From Roseibacillus sp. (GTDB lineage Bacteria; Verrucomicrobiota; Verrucomicrobiia; Verrucomicrobiales; Akkermansiaceae), in assembly GCA_051251855.1 (NCBI GenBank), contig JBPOGI010000003.1, positions 512,001-576,000 on the forward strand: a stretch of 64,000 nt of DNA, given 5' to 3'. Below the pieces are notes generated by a model. That model did no database searches and was not told the origin of the DNA. It worked only from the letters and a program-made list of their open reading frames with translations. Below, one piece after another: positions 1-8,717 of this stretch. A program made the position numbers and the translations under genes. Numbering within the stretch: position 1 is the first letter of the stretch; each line of letters opens with the position of its first letter.

Positions 1-29
1 AGAAGGATGCGGGCGGAGTGAGACTTCAT
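1..29 (-). CDS. Probable N-terminus of a response regulator (runs off the window start)
   Basis: ATG at 29 gives MKSHSARIL(L), resembling a receiver-domain first strand; lies downstream of the histidine kinase on the same strand. Only 9 codons visible. Confidence 0.45.
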
Positions 30-38
30 GCGGGATTA

Positions 39-253
39 TTTGAACAGGAGGTAAGGAGGACGAGGCTGGGTGTACGGACTAGTGTGATTTTCAACGCAGA
101 GTCGCAGAGGACGCGGAGTGAACGCGGAGGACGGACTGATGTGTTTTTTTGAGATTTGAACCACCGCTCTGCGGGGCACGGCAGAAGGCAACAAAGGAAG
201 CGAAGTCGGGGTTGGATGTTTATTTTTGAACAGAAGGTGAAGAGAGAAAGGAA
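39..253 (+). repeat. Cluster of four purine-rich repeat units, each headed by TTT(G/C)AAC
   Basis: Heads at 39, 89, 155 and 225, each followed by AG-rich reiterations (AGGAGGTAAGGAGG; GCAGAGTCGCAGAGG; CAGAAGGCAACAAAGG; AGAAGGTGAAGAGAG). Confidence 0.6.
77..158 (+). repeat. ~80-bp dispersed repeat, copy A (CGCAGAG family)
   Basis: GACTAGT..TTCAACGCAGAGTCGCAGAGGACGCGGAGTGAACGCGGAGGACGGACTGATGTGTTTTTTTGAG; near-identical to 5310-5389 and shares its core with 13573 and 14053. Confidence 0.9.
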
Positions 254-275
254 CTTCGATTCGTAGCTTTGGTTT

Positions 276-1955
276 TTAGGTTTTTTCTTTGAGGGGAAGG
301 TTGATGGTGAGGCGGGTTCCTGTTTTTTGATCAGGGTTGTCGGTGATAGTGATGGTGCCTTTGTGGGCTTGCACGATGTGTTGGACCAGACTGAGACCAA
401 TGCCGGTGCCGGTGACTTCGGTGTTGCGGTCGCGACGATAGAAGCGTTGGAAAACTTTGGTGCGTTCAGAAGCGGGGATGCCTGGGCCGGTGTCGGTGAT
501 GATAAGCTTGAGGGTGTCTGGGCTTGTGGTGGCTGCGAGGGCGATGATTCCGGGGGCGGGGGTGAATTTGAGGGCGTTGTCGAGGAGGTTGAGGAGGAGT
601 TGGCGGATGGCGAGGGAATCGAGATTGGGTGAGAAGTCCGTGGGGAGGTCGATGTTGGTGGTGAGGGTGTGCTTCTTTTGGTCGAGGTTGGGTTGGATGA
701 GTTGAAGGGTTTCGGCGAGGAGCGCGGAGAGGTCGGTGGGCTCGAAGTGGTAGAGTTTGCGGCCTTTTTCGATGCGCGAGAAGTCGAGGATGTTTTCGAC
801 GAGATTGCCGAGGCGTTGGCTCTCGTTGGAGATGAGACGGTGGTATTGGTCCGATTTTTCAGCTGGGAGAGTTTCCTTTTGGAGGCGTTCGGAGAGGAGG
901 CGGATGGAGGTGATGGGGGTGCGGAGTTCATGGGAGACGCTGGCGACGAAGTCGGATTGCAGGGCGGAAAGTTGCTGTTGTTTGCGGAGGGTGAGGTAGG
1001 CGATGGTGGAGGCAAGGGCGGTGAGGAGAACGGTGAAGAGAAGAATCAACTTGAGGCGAGAGAGGCGTTCGTTGATGGAGGTTTGGATGAAGCTATCGTC
1101 AGGGTAGGCAGAGAGGGTGAAGTTTTCCGTTCGTTTCTGAGCGATCGCCTTCTTAAAATTGAATCTGTTAGGGGAACGATCCCACGAAAAATAGCGTATT
1201 CCTCCGGAAGGGTTGAGGTCTCCTTCCCAGAGATAGGTGAGCCATTCTGGGGGAGGGGAGACTTCGATACGATGTCGAATCTCCTCGGCGAGAAGCTTTG
1301 TGGAGATCACGGTAACTCCATCCTCGGTAAAACGAGCTTGGTCTCCGTCTTTGGGCCAATCATCGACCTTGCCTTGGGGGTAGGTGGAAAGACTACGAAG
1401 TTTTTCGTAGATTGGGATTTGGGAGGAGATTTCTTGAAGAAGTTGAGGGTCGGGCTTTTGCAGAAATGGTTTTGATTTTTCGAGAAGAAGAGGGGTGAGT
1501 TCGGTGGGGTGTTGGTGGAGGTTTTTGAGGAACAGAGCGGTGGTTTCGGGGGTGGGTTGCCGCTCAAGGAGGAGGACGAGGTGGTAGGTGATGAGGGTGG
1601 GGAGGTGTTGGCCGGAGGTGGTGTAAACTTCTGAGATGCCCGCTTTAATCAAGAGCACCTGGAGGTCGTAGACGCCCTTCTTGGGAGGGAGTTCGCGAGC
1701 TTCGTGGTAGGCTTGAACGAGTTCGTGTTCGATAGTGGGAGGGGTGATGGGATAGCGGACGTGGAGGGCGACGGCGTTGTCGGCACGGGTGGGGTAGAAG
1801 AGACTTTCGTGAGCGGCGTCGACCCAAGCTTGCGCTTGCTCGCGGTAGCTGGTTTCGATGGCGACTCTCTCGTTCTGGAAGAGGCGTAGGGAAAGGGAGC
1901 CAAGGATGAGAACCGGAGCGAGAAAGAGGAGGGGGATGGCGAGGCGGCGCAGCAT
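276..1955 (-). CDS. Membrane sensor histidine kinase (HisKA + HATPase)
   Basis: Two TM segments; H-box FVASVSHELRTP, N-box LLNLLDNALKF, G1 DTGPGI, F-box FQRFYR, G2 GTGIGL. Confidence 0.95.
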   Translation of the reverse strand: MLRRLAIPLLFLAPVLILGSLSLRLFQNERVAIETSYREQAQAWVDAAHESLFYPTRADNAVALHVRYPITPPTIEHELVQAYHEARELPPKKGVYDLQVLLIKAGISEVYTTSGQHLPTLITYHLVLLLERQPTPETTALFLKNLHQHPTELTPLLLEKSKPFLQKPDPQLLQEISSQIPIYEKLRSLSTYPQGKVDDWPKDGDQARFTEDGVTVISTKLLAEEIRHRIEVSPPPEWLTYLWEGDLNPSGGIRYFSWDRSPNRFNFKKAIAQKRTENFTLSAYPDDSFIQTSINERLSRLKLILLFTVLLTALASTIAYLTLRKQQQLSALQSDFVASVSHELRTPITSIRLLSERLQKETLPAEKSDQYHRLISNESQRLGNLVENILDFSRIEKGRKLYHFEPTDLSALLAETLQLIQPNLDQKKHTLTTNIDLPTDFSPNLDSLAIRQLLLNLLDNALKFTPAPGIIALAATTSPDTLKLIITDTGPGIPASERTKVFQRFYRRDRNTEVTGTGIGLSLVQHIVQAHKGTITITDNPDQKTGTRLTINLPLKEKT

Positions 1956-1986
1956 CTTAGTTTACTTGCTTGGGTGGCGTGGGGAC

Positions 1987-4900
1987 TCATCTTGCTGACG
2001 GCTTTTGAGGAGGGCCTTCGCCTTTTTCGTATGGGTTGATACGAATGAGCTTTTGGGAGGGGAAGAGGGTGATGTTTTTCCAATCTCTTGGGGTTTCTAG
2101 CTGAGCCGTAACTAAGTCAAGGGTGAGAGGAAGGGCTGGCGAATCTTGTTGGTCGAGGGGAGGGGCTTGCCAGATGATTCGGTTCTCTTCGCGAGTGAAG
2201 TCCGGGAAGCGAGGAGTCCATTGGTGTTGAACGGGGTCTTGCATCCCAATCTTGAGAGACCATGGCGTTGAGAGCGTTTCGGTGAAGATTTCATTGAGCC
2301 GATCGGGGAAGGGTGAGTCTTCTTGGGCGGGTGGAAGGACTAGTACGAAGCTGGCGTTCGGATCGATTTGAGGAGGAGAAGTGAGAAAAAATTCTTCAAG
2401 GGAGAAATGTTTCATTTTCTTTCCATGAGGCTGATTTACGCCCTGATGAAAGAGGACGTGAGCCTTCTTCCAATCGATGGGCTGAAGGGGGATTCCATGA
2501 GGTTGAAGCAAGGCCAGAAACACGGCGGCTCTTCCATCGTGGGGAAGCCAATTTACCATTTCTGATAAGCTGAAGCTCATGGAGCTAAATTTTTCTGAGC
2601 TGATTTCCCAGAAGGGACCCTCAAGGCTTTGGCAGATTCGACCTGTGTTGCTCTTGGGGATGACCGGTCCAGGTTGGGGCGTATGCACGTGGAAGTGGAT
2701 ACGATCACCTGAGACGACATGAGTGGAGTCGATGGGGACGAGTTTTCCGGTATCGGGGTTGGGACGAAGGAGTATGCAGTTGTTTAGAAAGAGAGGGGCA
2801 ATGCCAGTAGCAATGCGAACCCTTTCCGTTGAGTATCGAGAAGATTTGGGTTGGTAGCGGAAAATTGGGCCTGTCGGATTGTTCGTGTTAGTGAGGATTT
2901 GATTGTCGCCGAGGGTAATGGCAAGGTCGATGGGGCGAGGGGCTTGGAGGAAGATGGTGACTTCGTCTTTAGGACGTTTGGAATCGATGTGGCGGCTGGG
3001 AATTTCGATGATGTCGCCCCATTGGAGGGCGAAGTCTTGGCCAGAGGCAAGGTGTTCGCGGAAGAGAATGGAGGTAGGCTCGGCTTCGTTGAGGCGGTAG
3101 ACGAGAAGGGGTTGGTCGCCGGAGAAATTAAATAGGCGATCTCTTTCTTGATTGGCTCGATGGAGGAAATCTTTGAGAGTGGTTGGAACGGAGGCGCTTT
3201 CTTTGGAGAGGAGGCAGCGGAAGATGGGTTCTTGGTCGGTCTGGAGGGAGGTGAATCCTTGGGAGAGCCAGAGACCGTTGGGGCGATGAGGGTTGTTGGA
3301 GGGGTCAAAGTGAGCGGCTTGCCAGAGGTGGTGGAAGCATTCAGAGAGGGCGTTTGGAATTTGATTTTCACGACCAAAATAATCTCTTTTCTCCAAGTGT
3401 TTGACGACTTCGGGATTGGCTCCAGCCTGGAGAAGAATTTGAATGGCTTTCGCTTCGTAGGTGGAGTCTCGATCGTCTCTTGAAAGAAAAAGGGCAAGAG
3501 GTTCGCCCGCAAAGGGAGTAAAGTTAGAACTTGGAGGTCTACTTGATAGGGAAATGATTGGGCCGAAATTGGGGTCTGCACCGGCTTTTAAAAGCTGGTT
3601 CAAGATATGAAGGGCTGTTTGCTGACCGTTGGAATAATGAAAGCCGTATTGAGCGAGGAACTGGAGGGGAGTATGCTTTTCTCGAGTCTCTTTTCCTGAA
3701 ACTTGAAAGGAGGAAGACTGATAGTTGAGATCGGGGTTGGTAGCTAAAACTTGCTCGAGGCATGTGAGAATTTTCTGTGCGTCCTCTCGCAGGCCAAACG
3801 ACTTCGAATTTTTCGAATATCGGCAAAAGAGATTTTGGATAAGGTTGTGGGTGGCGCTTTTATAAGGGACAAGGCCGTGGTCGATGAGGGTTTTGAGGGC
3901 GTTTGGGTTGGCGGCCTTGACTGCGTTGTCGATGGCTAATTGCTTGGCATCTTTTGGGAGCGTTTCGAGGACTCCGGCTTGAATCATGTTGTCGAACCAC
4001 TTTTGAGATCCGAGTTCGATGGCGCGCGCGAGAATGGTGGGTTCCGCTTTGTTCCAGTCGGCTCCGGACCGGAGTAGGGTTTGGGTAGCTTTGTTGGCTA
4101 TTTCTTTTTGTTCGTCTTGGGTGAGGAAATTCAAGGCTTGGGCCAGAGGCGACAAACGATTTGAGCCTGATTTTAGATTTGGGTCCGCTCCCGCTGCGAG
4201 GAGTGCCTCAATTTTTGCGAACTTGGTGCCTTGCTCTTTTTGGTCTTTGAGGGTCTCTAGCAGGTAAGCAAGAGGAGAGATCTGAAACTTTTGACTGTCG
4301 TAAGAATGCGGAAGGGTGACCGTTAATGTGTGGTCAGGGTTGGCTCCGTGTTCGAGGAGGAGCTCGAGAAGGGGGAACTTTTTTTGATTGGAATCGAGAG
4401 TGGCCAGGAGAGGAGGCGCTTCGAGAACGGGGTTGATGATTGCTGGTTTTTGGGATTTTGGGAGGGCGTTAAGAAGCTGGGAGAGACTCTTCTGGCCATT
4501 TGAGGACTGGATGGCTTTGGTAAGATGAGATGAGTAGGGAATGAGTCCAAGGGAAAGGAGGTAATCGATGATGGATTGGTGGCCTTGTCCCAAAGCATAG
4601 TCGAGAGCTTGCGGGCCTTCTTGTTCGAGATTAGCTCCCCGTTTGATAAGAAGCTCGCACATCGCCCTGTGACCATTGTGGGCAGCCTCTTGCAGAGGTG
4701 TTCTGTTACCGTTGATTCGCGAGACATCGGCGCCAGCATCAAGGAGGAAGGCGGCGACTTTGAGTTGGCTTTTCTGGGCTGCTAACTGAAGAGGGCCGGT
4801 GTTGAGGAGGTCAGGACTTTCGGCGAGGAGCTTTTTGAGTTCGGCGATTTTTTGATCTTGGGGGTCGATGGGGGCGGGGGAATCGGGATTGGAGGGAGAA

Positions 4901-5238
4901 GCGGGCTCTTGGCCCAGGGCGGTGAGGTTTTCTTGCGCGAGTTTGGTGAGGTTCTTGTCTTCGGGGTAGCGGGTGAGGAGGGTTTGGTAGGTGGTGATGG
5001 CTTCGTCGGTGCGGTCGAGCTTGCGGAGGCATTCGGCTTGGCGGTAGAGGGTGCGGGCGGCGAGTTGGCGTTGCTTTTGGAATTTATCGCTGAGCTTGCG
5101 GTAGCTCTCGAGGGCGGCTTCTGGGTCGCCGTCGACTTCTTCGGAGTAGAGGGCTTCACGAAAGGAGTCTTCGAGGGAGGGGGGCTCCTGCGCCTGGGTG
5201 GTGAGAAGGAGCAGGAAGAGGGTGAAGAGTGTTTTCAT
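1987..5238 (-). CDS. Secreted TPR + ankyrin-repeat protein
   Basis: Signal peptide MKTLFTLFLLLLTTQA; TPR-like N-terminus (AITTYQTLLTRYP); ankyrin motifs TPLQEAAHNGH, LLDAGAD, LLEHGANPD, LLAAGADPN, LLKAGADPN. Confidence 0.85.
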   Translation of the reverse strand: MKTLFTLFLLLLTTQAQEPPSLEDSFREALYSEEVDGDPEAALESYRKLSDKFQKQRQLAARTLYRQAECLRKLDRTDEAITTYQTLLTRYPEDKNLTKLAQENLTALGQEPASPSNPDSPAPIDPQDQKIAELKKLLAESPDLLNTGPLQLAAQKSQLKVAAFLLDAGADVSRINGNRTPLQEAAHNGHRAMCELLIKRGANLEQEGPQALDYALGQGHQSIIDYLLSLGLIPYSSHLTKAIQSSNGQKSLSQLLNALPKSQKPAIINPVLEAPPLLATLDSNQKKFPLLELLLEHGANPDHTLTVTLPHSYDSQKFQISPLAYLLETLKDQKEQGTKFAKIEALLAAGADPNLKSGSNRLSPLAQALNFLTQDEQKEIANKATQTLLRSGADWNKAEPTILARAIELGSQKWFDNMIQAGVLETLPKDAKQLAIDNAVKAANPNALKTLIDHGLVPYKSATHNLIQNLFCRYSKNSKSFGLREDAQKILTCLEQVLATNPDLNYQSSSFQVSGKETREKHTPLQFLAQYGFHYSNGQQTALHILNQLLKAGADPNFGPIISLSSRPPSSNFTPFAGEPLALFLSRDDRDSTYEAKAIQILLQAGANPEVVKHLEKRDYFGRENQIPNALSECFHHLWQAAHFDPSNNPHRPNGLWLSQGFTSLQTDQEPIFRCLLSKESASVPTTLKDFLHRANQERDRLFNFSGDQPLLVYRLNEAEPTSILFREHLASGQDFALQWGDIIEIPSRHIDSKRPKDEVTIFLQAPRPIDLAITLGDNQILTNTNNPTGPIFRYQPKSSRYSTERVRIATGIAPLFLNNCILLRPNPDTGKLVPIDSTHVVSGDRIHFHVHTPQPGPVIPKSNTGRICQSLEGPFWEISSEKFSSMSFSLSEMVNWLPHDGRAAVFLALLQPHGIPLQPIDWKKAHVLFHQGVNQPHGKKMKHFSLEEFFLTSPPQIDPNASFVLVLPPAQEDSPFPDRLNEIFTETLSTPWSLKIGMQDPVQHQWTPRFPDFTREENRIIWQAPPLDQQDSPALPLTLDLVTAQLETPRDWKNITLFPSQKLIRINPYEKGEGPPQKPSAR

Positions 5239-5309
5239 GATGAAAGAGGAAAGCATTTTGAAGGAGGGGGAGTTGTCATGGAATGGTAAAGTTTGGGGAT
5301 AAGTTGCCC

Positions 5310-5389
5310 GACTAGTATGGGTTCACCGCAGAGTCGCAGAGGTCGCAGAGTGAACACAGAGGACGGACCGGTGTGTTTTTTGAGTTTTG
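5310..5389 (+). repeat. ~80-bp dispersed repeat, copy B (CGCAGAG family)
   Basis: GACTAGTATGGGTTCACCGCAGAGTCGCAGAGGTCGCAGAGTGAACACAGAGGACGGACCGGTGTGTTTTTTGAG; direct repeat of 77-158. Confidence 0.9.
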
Positions 5390-5490
5390 GAGAGAGACTT
5401 GGTTGGACGGGACGAATTTTGGTGTTTCTTTCGAGGAGAGGACGGCTTTTGGGGGTTGCCTCTGCTGGGGATGGGGGTAAGTTTCCGCCC

Positions 5491-6444
5491 ATGAGCGGTT
5501 GCGCTGGAGCCAGTGGGAAAAAAGGACTTCGTCCGGGGGATTTCGGTCCTCGCATGCGGATGGATGCGAGTCTGCACTTGGATAAGAAACCAGATTGGAT
5601 TCGGGTGAAGCTACCGAATAATCCTGTCTTCTGGGATACCAAGTCGATGGTGAAGGATCTGAATCTGGTGACCGTTTGTGAGGAGGCGCAGTGCCCAAAC
5701 CGCTGGGAGTGCTGGGGGCAGGGAACGGCGACCTTTATGATTGCGGGTGAGAAGTGCACTCGTGCTTGTGGATTCTGTGCTGTGAAGACGGCGAAGCCGG
5801 ATGCGCTGGAGGAAGATGAGCCCCAGCGGGTGGCGGAGGCGACGAAGCGGATGAAGCTGAATCACGTCGTCATTACGGCGGTGGCGCGCGATGACCTCGA
5901 AGACGGGGGTGCGGAGCATTTTGAAAAGACAATTGAGGCGGTGCGCGAGGTGAACCCAGGGATTACGATTGAGGTTCTGGTGCCGGACTTTAACGATAAG
6001 GATTGGGCGCTGGAGATGGTGATGCGCGCCAAGCCGCAGATTTTTAATCATAACCTTGAGACGGTTCGTCGCTTGACTCCGTTGGTGCGGAGTCGGGCTC
6101 AGTATGATCGTTCTTTGGCGGTCTTGAAAAAGGCGAAGGAGATGGCTCCGGGTAAGGTGGCGACCAAGAGTGGAATTATGCTTGGGTTGGGTGAGCGTGA
6201 TGAAGAAATCGAGCAAGCGATGGATGACCTCCGTGCGGCGGATGTGACGGTTTTGACCTTAGGTCAGTATTTGCGGCCGACGCCGATGCATTTGCCAGTG
6301 GTGGAGTATGTCACTCCCGAGAAGTTTGCGGAGTGGAAGACGATTGCGGAGAGCAAGGGCTTCCGACACGTGGCGAGTGGTCCGTTGGTGCGGAGTTCGT
6401 ATCACGCGGCGGACTTTAAGCCGGAGCTGGATTTGGAGGATTGA
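5491..6444 (+). CDS. lipA: Lipoyl synthase
   Basis: KPDWIRVK, CEEAQCPNRWEC, radical-SAM CTRACGFC, C-terminal RSSYHA. Start placed at ATG 5491 because the ORF extension runs through a repeat. Confidence 0.97.
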   Translation: MSGCAGASGKKGLRPGDFGPRMRMDASLHLDKKPDWIRVKLPNNPVFWDTKSMVKDLNLVTVCEEAQCPNRWECWGQGTATFMIAGEKCTRACGFCAVKTAKPDALEEDEPQRVAEATKRMKLNHVVITAVARDDLEDGGAEHFEKTIEAVREVNPGITIEVLVPDFNDKDWALEMVMRAKPQIFNHNLETVRRLTPLVRSRAQYDRSLAVLKKAKEMAPGKVATKSGIMLGLGERDEEIEQAMDDLRAADVTVLTLGQYLRPTPMHLPVVEYVTPEKFAEWKTIAESKGFRHVASGPLVRSSYHAADFKPELDLED

Positions 6445-6451
6445 GATTCTG

Positions 6452-6532
6452 CGTAGCCGAGTTGGTGACAACTCGGGCGGGGTAGATATTCTTGGGGTCA
6501 ACTCTGCCAGAATTGTCACCAATTCAGCTACG
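6452..6532. repeat. GTAG-type REP doublet (REPIN-like) between convergent genes
   Basis: CGTAG-CCGAGTTG-GTGA-CAACTCGG at 6452-6476 and an inverted imperfect copy at 6508-6532. Confidence 0.8.
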
Positions 6533-6540
6533 GGAGAACT

Positions 6541-7392
6541 TTAGAAGCCTTTGCGCCAGAGAAAGTCTAACCCGTAGTCGGGGTAGTAGCTTTGCACGAT
6601 GAAGGCGACGAGGAAGTAGTCGACGATGAGGTGTACGATGAGCACCCAGAGGAGGCTTTCCGATTTTTCGAACATGGCTCCTTGGGTCCAGGCGAAGAGA
6701 AAGACGACGAAGAAGCCGCAGCCGACGAAGGCCATGTCGAAGAGGACGGCGGTGTAAAGGACAGCTTGGAGTAGGTTGGCGGTGCGGTAGCGAAAGAGGC
6801 TACGGAGGACTGCGAAGCAGGTGTTGACGAAAAAGAGCTCGTCCCAGATACCAACCATGTTGATGCCAATGAAGAGGCGGCGGATTTCTTTATCGTCGGC
6901 TTCGGCGGGCATGGCCCATTGGCGGAAGAGTTCGTTGTCGAAGAACTCGCGGTTACCCCACTCGTAGGATTTGAGGACGACCCAAGCGAGGGGGATGGAG
7001 AGAATGGTGTAGATGAGGTCTTGCTTGCGCCAATGCACGGGCCAGAAGCGGAAGCGGATGAGGCCTTTGTCGCCGCTGAAATGGAGCACGAGGGCGGGCG
7101 CAACGATGGCGAGGGTGAAGGCGATGGAGAGAACGAGGAAGTTTTCGTTAGAGAGAGAGGGGTTGATATCGAGAGCGGCTAAGAAGACTACGAGCCCCAT
7201 CATCACTCCCATGCGACGGCGCAGTTTGGCCTCGGGATCAGTGCCGATGAGCCATGAAGCAACCAATGCGAAAACTCCACCGGCGAGGAATTGGTGGGCT
7301 GGGATCAGGAGGACCGTCGCGAGTGCGAAGCAGACCAGCATGACCTTGCGGCGGGTTGTCAGTTCGAGGTCGAGCCGTTCCATCGTTTCCAT
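6541..7392 (-). CDS. CPBP (CAAX/Abi) family intramembrane protease-like protein
   Basis: Multi-TM protein; WDELFF (EE motif variant), C-terminal LIVHLIVD. Confidence 0.7.
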   Translation of the reverse strand: METMERLDLELTTRRKVMLVCFALATVLLIPAHQFLAGGVFALVASWLIGTDPEAKLRRRMGVMMGLVVFLAALDINPSLSNENFLVLSIAFTLAIVAPALVLHFSGDKGLIRFRFWPVHWRKQDLIYTILSIPLAWVVLKSYEWGNREFFDNELFRQWAMPAEADDKEIRRLFIGINMVGIWDELFFVNTCFAVLRSLFRYRTANLLQAVLYTAVLFDMAFVGCGFFVVFLFAWTQGAMFEKSESLLWVLIVHLIVDYFLVAFIVQSYYPDYGLDFLWRKGF

Positions 7393-7448
7393 CGGGCCCA
7401 CTGTCGCGTGCGACGAATTTGTGACAAGGGCAAAGCCTCGCTCTCTTC

Positions 7449-8486
7449 CTATCGTGCTGCTGGGGCGGGAGCAGGCACGTAGAGGGTGCCGTTCGCTGGG
7501 ATGCGAGAAGTGGCAGAGAGAGCGCAGTGATTGAGCTGATTAAGGGTGTCGACGTCGGTGCCCACTTTCTCAGCGATTTCGCCAAAGGAGGTGTTTTTGG
7601 GAATCTTGATGAGCATCTTGTGAGAAGGTGCTTGAGGCTGTGGAGGAGTAGGAGCGGACTTATATTGTGGCGTAAGTTGCGATTGAGGAGTTGCCTGAGG
7701 TTCGCGCTGAATGGAGCGCAACGGCGGGGAAGCGTAACCAGCGGGCTGCTGGTTGTTGGCTGGGCTTGAGTAAGTGCTCGGGATGTTCAGTCTTTTGCCA
7801 ACCCTCATCCGAGCGGGATCGATGCCTGGGTTGGCGGACATCAGTTGGCTGAGACCAAGCCCGTAGCGTTCGGCAATTTGAGAGAGGGTGTCTCCCGACT
7901 GCACAGTGTAGCTGCGGGCACGGGCTTGAGCTTGGGCGGTGAATTGGGCCGCTTGAGAGGCACTGGGAATGGTCAACCTTTTGCCGATACGCAGTCGGAG
8001 AGGGTCGGTGCCGGGGTTAGCTGTGAGGAGGGAGCTTACGGAGATTCCATAGGCTTCTGCGATCTCGGAAAGTGTGTCGCCGCTGCTGATGCTATGGGCG
8101 CGAGTTTGATTGGAGGCGCCGAGTCGTTGTTGAGGGGCCTCGTCCCAGCGGTGAGTTACCACAGGATTGTTCGGCATGATAACCACTTGCTGTGGGGACT
8201 GCTGTTGAGGTTGATAGGCGGTGGCAGCTTGTGATATTGGGCGGTTGGCGACTTCTTCAATCCGTTTGAGTTGATTGGTAAAGAGAAGGCGCATCTCGTG
8301 GAGCTCGGTTTCGAGGCGTCCAATGCGGTCGTTTTGAGTCTTGAGTCGATCTTCGACTAAGCTTGGAGAAGCTGGGCTTGAGGAATTGCTGGGAGCGGGG
8401 CCTACATTCGACTGTGGTGCGGTGCCTTCCGGGATGCAGGAAACGAGGAGGCAGGAAGTTACCAAGAGTGAAAGAATAAGGCGCAT
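7449..8486 (-). CDS. LysM-domain lipoprotein
   Basis: Lipobox LVSC; coiled coil; two LysM domains (GDTLSEIAEAYG, GDTLSQIAERYG) plus a degenerate third at the C-terminus. Confidence 0.9.
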   Translation of the reverse strand: MRLILSLLVTSCLLVSCIPEGTAPQSNVGPAPSNSSSPASPSLVEDRLKTQNDRIGRLETELHEMRLLFTNQLKRIEEVANRPISQAATAYQPQQQSPQQVVIMPNNPVVTHRWDEAPQQRLGASNQTRAHSISSGDTLSEIAEAYGISVSSLLTANPGTDPLRLRIGKRLTIPSASQAAQFTAQAQARARSYTVQSGDTLSQIAERYGLGLSQLMSANPGIDPARMRVGKRLNIPSTYSSPANNQQPAGYASPPLRSIQREPQATPQSQLTPQYKSAPTPPQPQAPSHKMLIKIPKNTSFGEIAEKVGTDVDTLNQLNHCALSATSRIPANGTLYVPAPAPAAR

Positions 8487-8717
8487 AAGAGTCGAGTGGT
8501 TTGGCTCGTTAAATATTTTATAAAACTTAACTAATGTCGAGCCAATTCTCTTATTTTTGAATGCGATCGGTGGGAAAATCACCAATTTATCAGCATTACG
8601 GAGTTTTCTGTGGTGAGGAAAGTTTTATGAATTTAGGGAGAATACCCTGCTTTGGTGGTTTCAAAACGGTCTTCTGTTCTTTGCAGATGTCCTGAAATGG
8701 ATAGGCTAGATGTTGAA

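Noticed and set aside
39..253. CRISPR array or integron attC array
   Set aside because: Only about 7 nt are shared between units, spacing is irregular, there are no cas or integrase genes, and no RYYYAAC...GTTRRRY pairing.
26..1475. Long alternative-frame and antisense ORFs over the kinase (e.g. 26-1015, 669-1475), and similar ones over mutS, ispA, lysS and tex
   Set aside because: Pro/Ser/Thr-rich or Gly/Glu/Val-rich shadows produced by codon bias of the real genes; no motifs.
5293..5490. N-terminal extension of LipA
   Set aside because: Runs through the dispersed repeat and promoter region; ATG 5491 (or 5560) is more plausible.
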